DNA of 64,000 nucleotides from Phormidesmis sp. (GTDB lineage Bacteria; Cyanobacteriota; Cyanobacteriia; Leptolyngbyales; Leptolyngbyaceae), in the NCBI GenBank assembly GCA_965248535.1, contig CBDFJR010000002.1, forward strand, positions 1,856,001-1,920,000, written 5' to 3'. The notes under the pieces were generated by a model. It worked only from the letters and a program-made list of their open reading frames with translations. It did no database searches and was not told the origin of the DNA. Positions 59,906-64,000 of this stretch are shown piece after piece (the first letter of the stretch is position 1; the number at the start of each line of letters is the position of its first letter). The translations under genes were made by a program, and so were the position numbers.

Positions 59906-62668
59906 ATGTCAACTCTTGTCATCGTTGAATCCCCTACCAAAGCTCGCACCATTCGCAACTATCTGCCCTCCGGTTATCGGGTCGAGGCATCCATGGGGCA
60001 TGTGCGCGATTTGCCTCAGTCTGCCACTGACATTCCGGCATCCGTGAAGGGTGAAAAGTGGGCCCAGCTAGGGGTCAACGTCGAGGCTAATTTTGAACCC
60101 CTCTACATCGTTCCGCAAGACAAAAAGAAGATTGTCAAGGAACTCAAAGAAGCCCTCAAGGGTGTCGATGAACTGCTGCTAGCCACTGACGAAGACCGCG
60201 AGGGCGAAAGCATTAGCTGGCACCTGCTGCAACTGCTAAAACCCAAAGTGCCCATCAAGCGCATGGTGTTTCACGAGATCACCGAAGAGGCGATTCAGGA
60301 AGCGATTCGCAACTGTCGAGACGTGGACGAAAAGCTAGTTCGTGCCCAAGAGACGAGACGCATTCTCGATCGCTTAGTGGGCTACACCCTCTCGCCACTG
60401 CTCTGGAAGAAGATTGCCATGGGCCTGTCGGCGGGGCGCGTTCAGTCGGTGGCTGTTCGAGTCTTGGTGAAGCGAGAACGAGAGCGCCGAGCCTTTCGCA
60501 AAGGTGCTTACTGGGATCTCAAGGCGCTGCTGGCAGCAGGCGAAACTGCGGGCAAGAAAACCAATGAGTTTGAAGCCCGGCTCGTGACCTTGGGGGGACG
60601 CAAACTCGCAACAGGTGCCGACTTCGACGAATCAACGGGCCAAGTTGTGGCAGGTCGCAATGTGCTCTTGCTTAATGAGGCTGAAACGAGAGCTTTGCAG
60701 GAGCGCCTTGCGGATAAAACCTGGACTGTCTCTGATCAAGAAGAACGCCCAGTCACCCGAAAGCCGTCGCCCCCGTTCACGACCTCGACGCTGCAACAAG
60801 AGTCAAACCGCAAGTTAGGGCTGTCTGCCCGTGACACCATGCGGACGGCTCAGAGTCTTTATGAGCAGGGCTATATCACATACATGAGAACCGATTCTGT
60901 GCATCTGTCGGGGCAAGCGATCGCCGCTTCTCGCGACTGTGTTCAGCAAATGTATGGCACTGACTATCTCAGCCCGCAGCCTCGTCAATACACCACCAAG
61001 AGCAAAGGTGCTCAAGAAGCTCACGAAGCCATTCGCCCTGCCGGAAGCAGTTTCCGCACACCGCAGCAAACTAACCTGAGTGGACGCGATCTCAAGCTCT
61101 ATGACCTGATCTGGAAACGCACCGTCGCGACTCAGATGGCCGATGCGCGGCAGACGCAAATCACTGTCCAGATTCAAGTCGAAGAGGCTGGGTTTCGGGC
61201 TAGCGGTAAGCGCATTGATTTTGCGGGTTTCTTCCGCGCTTATGTCGAGGGATCGGATGATCCGAGTGCAGCGATCGAGAGCCAAGAAGTCATTCTGCCT
61301 GCTATGCGGGTGGGCGATCACCCCAACTGCCGAAACCTAGATGCGATCGGGCACGAAACCCAACCCCCTGCCCGCTATACCGAAGCATCCCTGGTCAAAA
61401 CTCTAGAGAGTGAAGGCATTGGCCGCCCCAGCACCTACGCCAGCATTATCAGCACGATCATTGCCAAGGGCTATGCCCAACTGGTCGGCAATGCTCTAAT
61501 CCCGACCTTTACCGCTTTTGCAGTCACCGATCTCTTAGAGAAGCACTTCCCGGAGATTGTTGACCCAGGCTTCACCTCAAAAATGGAGCAAACTCTAGAT
61601 GAAATTGCCACCGGAGAGGTGGAATGGCTGCCTTATTTACGAGATTTCTACTCTGGTGAAGACGGGTTAGAAAAGCAGGTCAAAGATCGTGAGAGCAAAA
61701 TCGACCCCAAAGAAGCTAGAACCATCCACTTTGGCGACCTAGATGCCAAAATTCGCATCAGCAAGACCGGGGCTTATATTGAGTCAGAAAACGGCAATAT
61801 CAACCTGCCCAAGGATATGCCGCCTGCCGATCTGAATGCCGAACAGGTCGAAGTTTTGCTCTTAGGCCCCAAAAAGCTAGGGGTTCATCCTGAAACGAGT
61901 GAACCGATCTACGTCAAGCTAGGGCCCTATGGTCACTATGTGCAGCTCGGCGATCGCTCCGATGCCAATCCAAAACCTAAAAATGTGTCGCTGCCCAAAG
62001 GGGTGACTCCCGAAACGGTGACGATCGAGCAGGCGGTTGGCTTGCTGGCGCTGCCCCGAACCCTCGGAATGCACCCCGACACAGGCCGAAAAGTGCAGGC
62101 GAGTTTGGGCCCCTATGGCCCTTACATCGTCCATGATTTGGGCAAAGGTGAAGACGGCAAAGTTCACAAAGACTATCGATCGCTCAAAGCTGCCGATAAC
62201 GTGCTGACGGTGGACTTTGATCGGGCCCTGCAACTGTTAGCCGAACCGAAAGCCGGACGCGGCAAACGCGGCACCGCAAAACCCTTGCGTGAACTGGGCC
62301 CCCACCCTGAAGAGGGCGAACCCGTCAACATCTATGATGGCCCTTATGGGGCATACATCAAATATGGCAAGGTAAACGCTTCGCTGCCTGAAGGTCAAAC
62401 CGTTGAGTCGATCACCATGGAAGCGGCTTTGGGCGCGATCGCCGCCAAAGGTGGAACCACTAAAGTCCGCAAAACGACGGGACGATCGAAAAAAGCAGCC
62501 GACGACAGCGCGACTGAAACCACCGCCAAAAAAACCATGACTCAGAAAGCGAGTACGGCTAAGAAGGCAACGACTCCTAAATCGACTGCTAAGAAAACGA
62601 CGACTAAAACAGCCGCCGCCAAGAAAACCACCAGCACCCGTAAAAAAGTGCAAACGGCTGAGGAGTAG
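59906..62668 (+). CDS. topA: DNA topoisomerase I
   Basis: [43 protein letters not shown]; Topo_C repeats; Lys-rich tail. Confidence 0.97.
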   Translation: MSTLVIVESPTKARTIRNYLPSGYRVEASMGHVRDLPQSATDIPASVKGEKWAQLGVNVEANFEPLYIVPQDKKKIVKELKEALKGVDELLLATDEDREGESISWHLLQLLKPKVPIKRMVFHEITEEAIQEAIRNCRDVDEKLVRAQETRRILDRLVGYTLSPLLWKKIAMGLSAGRVQSVAVRVLVKRERERRAFRKGAYWDLKALLAAGETAGKKTNEFEARLVTLGGRKLATGADFDESTGQVVAGRNVLLLNEAETRALQERLADKTWTVSDQEERPVTRKPSPPFTTSTLQQESNRKLGLSARDTMRTAQSLYEQGYITYMRTDSVHLSGQAIAASRDCVQQMYGTDYLSPQPRQYTTKSKGAQEAHEAIRPAGSSFRTPQQTNLSGRDLKLYDLIWKRTVATQMADARQTQITVQIQVEEAGFRASGKRIDFAGFFRAYVEGSDDPSAAIESQEVILPAMRVGDHPNCRNLDAIGHETQPPARYTEASLVKTLESEGIGRPSTYASIISTIIAKGYAQLVGNALIPTFTAFAVTDLLEKHFPEIVDPGFTSKMEQTLDEIATGEVEWLPYLRDFYSGEDGLEKQVKDRESKIDPKEARTIHFGDLDAKIRISKTGAYIESENGNINLPKDMPPADLNAEQVEVLLLGPKKLGVHPETSEPIYVKLGPYGHYVQLGDRSDANPKPKNVSLPKGVTPETVTIEQAVGLLALPRTLGMHPDTGRKVQASLGPYGPYIVHDLGKGEDGKVHKDYRSLKAADNVLTVDFDRALQLLAEPKAGRGKRGTAKPLRELGPHPEEGEPVNIYDGPYGAYIKYGKVNASLPEGQTVESITMEAALGAIAAKGGTTKVRKTTGRSKKAADDSATETTAKKTMTQKASTAKKATTPKSTAKKTTTKTAAAKKTTSTRKKVQTAEE

Positions 62669-62683
62669 TTGGCGGGTTATGAG

Positions 62684-62711
62684 GAGACGATCGAACCCTC
62701 TCGATCGTCTC
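62684..62711. terminator. Hairpin between convergent topA and ald
   Basis: GAGACGATCGA-accctc-TCGATCGTCTC perfect 11-bp stem; no U tract. Confidence 0.55.
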
Positions 62712-62720
62712 TCGCCTCTG

Positions 62721-63806
62721 CTAACTCACCAGGTCAGCAAACATCTCTTGAACGGCTGGGTGGGTCAAATGATGATTCTGCACATTCAAGCCTTTTGCCA
62801 AGGCAGCATCTTGATCTAACGCTTTTAACCCATGATTAGCTAACTTCAACACATAGGGAAGCGTGCTGTTGTTGAGGGCTTGCGTTGCCGTCCAGGGAAC
62901 TGCTCCGGGCATATTGGGCACCCCGTAATGCACCACTCCCGCCTCAACATAAGTCGGCTGCGTGTGAGAAGTCGGTCTGACCGTTTCGATGCACCCGCCC
63001 TGATCGACCGCCACATCGACAATCACTGAGCCAGGACGCATGGCAGCGACTAGCTGACGAGAGACGATCGTGGGTGCTTTTCTGCCAGGCACGAGCACCG
63101 CTCCGATCAACAGGTCAGCCTCCGGCACGGCTGCCTCAACTTGGCCAAGGCTGCTGTAGAGCAGTTCAACTCTAGAGCCAAACAGGGTTTCTAGATAGGA
63201 CAACCGATCGACGCTGACTTCTAAAATCGTCACTTGGGCACCCATGCCGATCGCTATTCTGGCCGCCTCAGTGCCGACAATACCGCCGCCCAAAATCACA
63301 ACTTTTCCTGGCTTAACTCCGGGGACTCCGCCTAATAAAACGCCTCGCCCGCCCTGCTGGCGCTCTAGAAATCGTGCCCCAAACTGCACCGCCAGCCGTC
63401 CGGCAATGATGCTCATGGGCGTGAGCAGCGGCAAGCGGCGATCGAGAAGCTCTACGGTTTCATAAGCGATCGCGCTCACCCCAGAATCGATCAAATGCTC
63501 AGTCAGAAGGCGATTTGCTGCTAGGTGAAGATAGGTGAAGAGGATCTGACCTTTTTGCAAATACTGATATTCGCTCACGAGTGGCTCTTTGACTTTGATC
63601 ACTAAGTCCCGATTCCAGACCTGTGCTGGGCCACTGACGATCTCAGCCCCCGCTTGCAGATAATCAGCATCCGTAAAACCCGATCCGGCTCCAGCCTGGG
63701 TTTCTACAAACACGGCGTGATGGTCTGACAGCGCCCGCACACTGATCGGACTCAACCCTACCCGAAATTCCTGATCCTTCGTTTCTTTGGGAACTCCGAT
63801 TTCCAT
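62721..63806 (-). CDS. ald: Alanine dehydrogenase
   Basis: IGVPKE, KVKEP, FTYLHLAA, GGGIVG, DVAVDQGGC, VPNMPGAVP; alternative start at 63827. Confidence 0.96.
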   Translation of the reverse strand: MEIGVPKETKDQEFRVGLSPISVRALSDHHAVFVETQAGAGSGFTDADYLQAGAEIVSGPAQVWNRDLVIKVKEPLVSEYQYLQKGQILFTYLHLAANRLLTEHLIDSGVSAIAYETVELLDRRLPLLTPMSIIAGRLAVQFGARFLERQQGGRGVLLGGVPGVKPGKVVILGGGIVGTEAARIAIGMGAQVTILEVSVDRLSYLETLFGSRVELLYSSLGQVEAAVPEADLLIGAVLVPGRKAPTIVSRQLVAAMRPGSVIVDVAVDQGGCIETVRPTSHTQPTYVEAGVVHYGVPNMPGAVPWTATQALNNSTLPYVLKLANHGLKALDQDAALAKGLNVQNHHLTHPAVQEMFADLVS

Positions 63807-64000
63807 CTTCACCTCAGTTGTGCTCATCTCTGCTCTAGCTTAAACCTGTGGCGGGTTTATAGCTGTTGTCCGTGAGGCTGAATCTCTATGCTAAATAACT
63901 TAAATCTGTCTACAATGGGATGCGAAGGTAAAGAAATGTAAAGCAGCCCGATCGGGTTCTCGCATTCTCTACCCTTCAAAAAATTTAGTTGTTGATTTAT

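Noticed and set aside
62440..62668. Lys/Thr/Ala-rich low-complexity tail of TopA
   Set aside because: Basic C-terminal tails are a known feature of this TopA type.
1..64000. Extreme GCGATCGC density as a novel repeat
   Set aside because: This is the known cyanobacterial HIP1; it was used only as a marker of native versus foreign DNA.

Overview
Chromosomal window from a cyanobacterium: very dense HIP1 GCGATCGC sites, plus ndhS, ndhB, cpcT, crtR, labA and a cyanobacterial 6S RNA beside purK. It is mostly housekeeping genes (gcvP, uvrC, rodA, hemF, tRNA-Tyr/Thr, pstSCAB, plsY, metG, pyk, fbaB, purK, topA, ald). Three HIP1-free insertions sit at translation signals of host genes. (1) A solitary integron-type gene cassette (OGFr-domain ORF plus attC, 26555-27315) lies between the Shine-Dalgarno (SD) and the ATG of hpsU, with no integrase in the window. 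(2) A tnpB-only IS200/IS605 element (45883-47210) has target motif TCAT, the reverse complement of the neighbouring VOC gene's ATGA start, and its left end supplies an outward GGAGG RBS. (3) A ~460-bp protein-free IS200/IS605 derivative (~49702-50161) is inserted at an aminotransferase stop codon and carries a promoter candidate, an unexplained structured RNA module and a TnpB omegaRNA-like module. Also present: REP-like palindromes including a 3x53-bp tandem array, structured leaders, and three single-base frameshifts (uvrC, rodA, a pentapeptide gene) that are probably sequencing errors. All calls come from reading the sequence by eye; no searches or folding programs were run.
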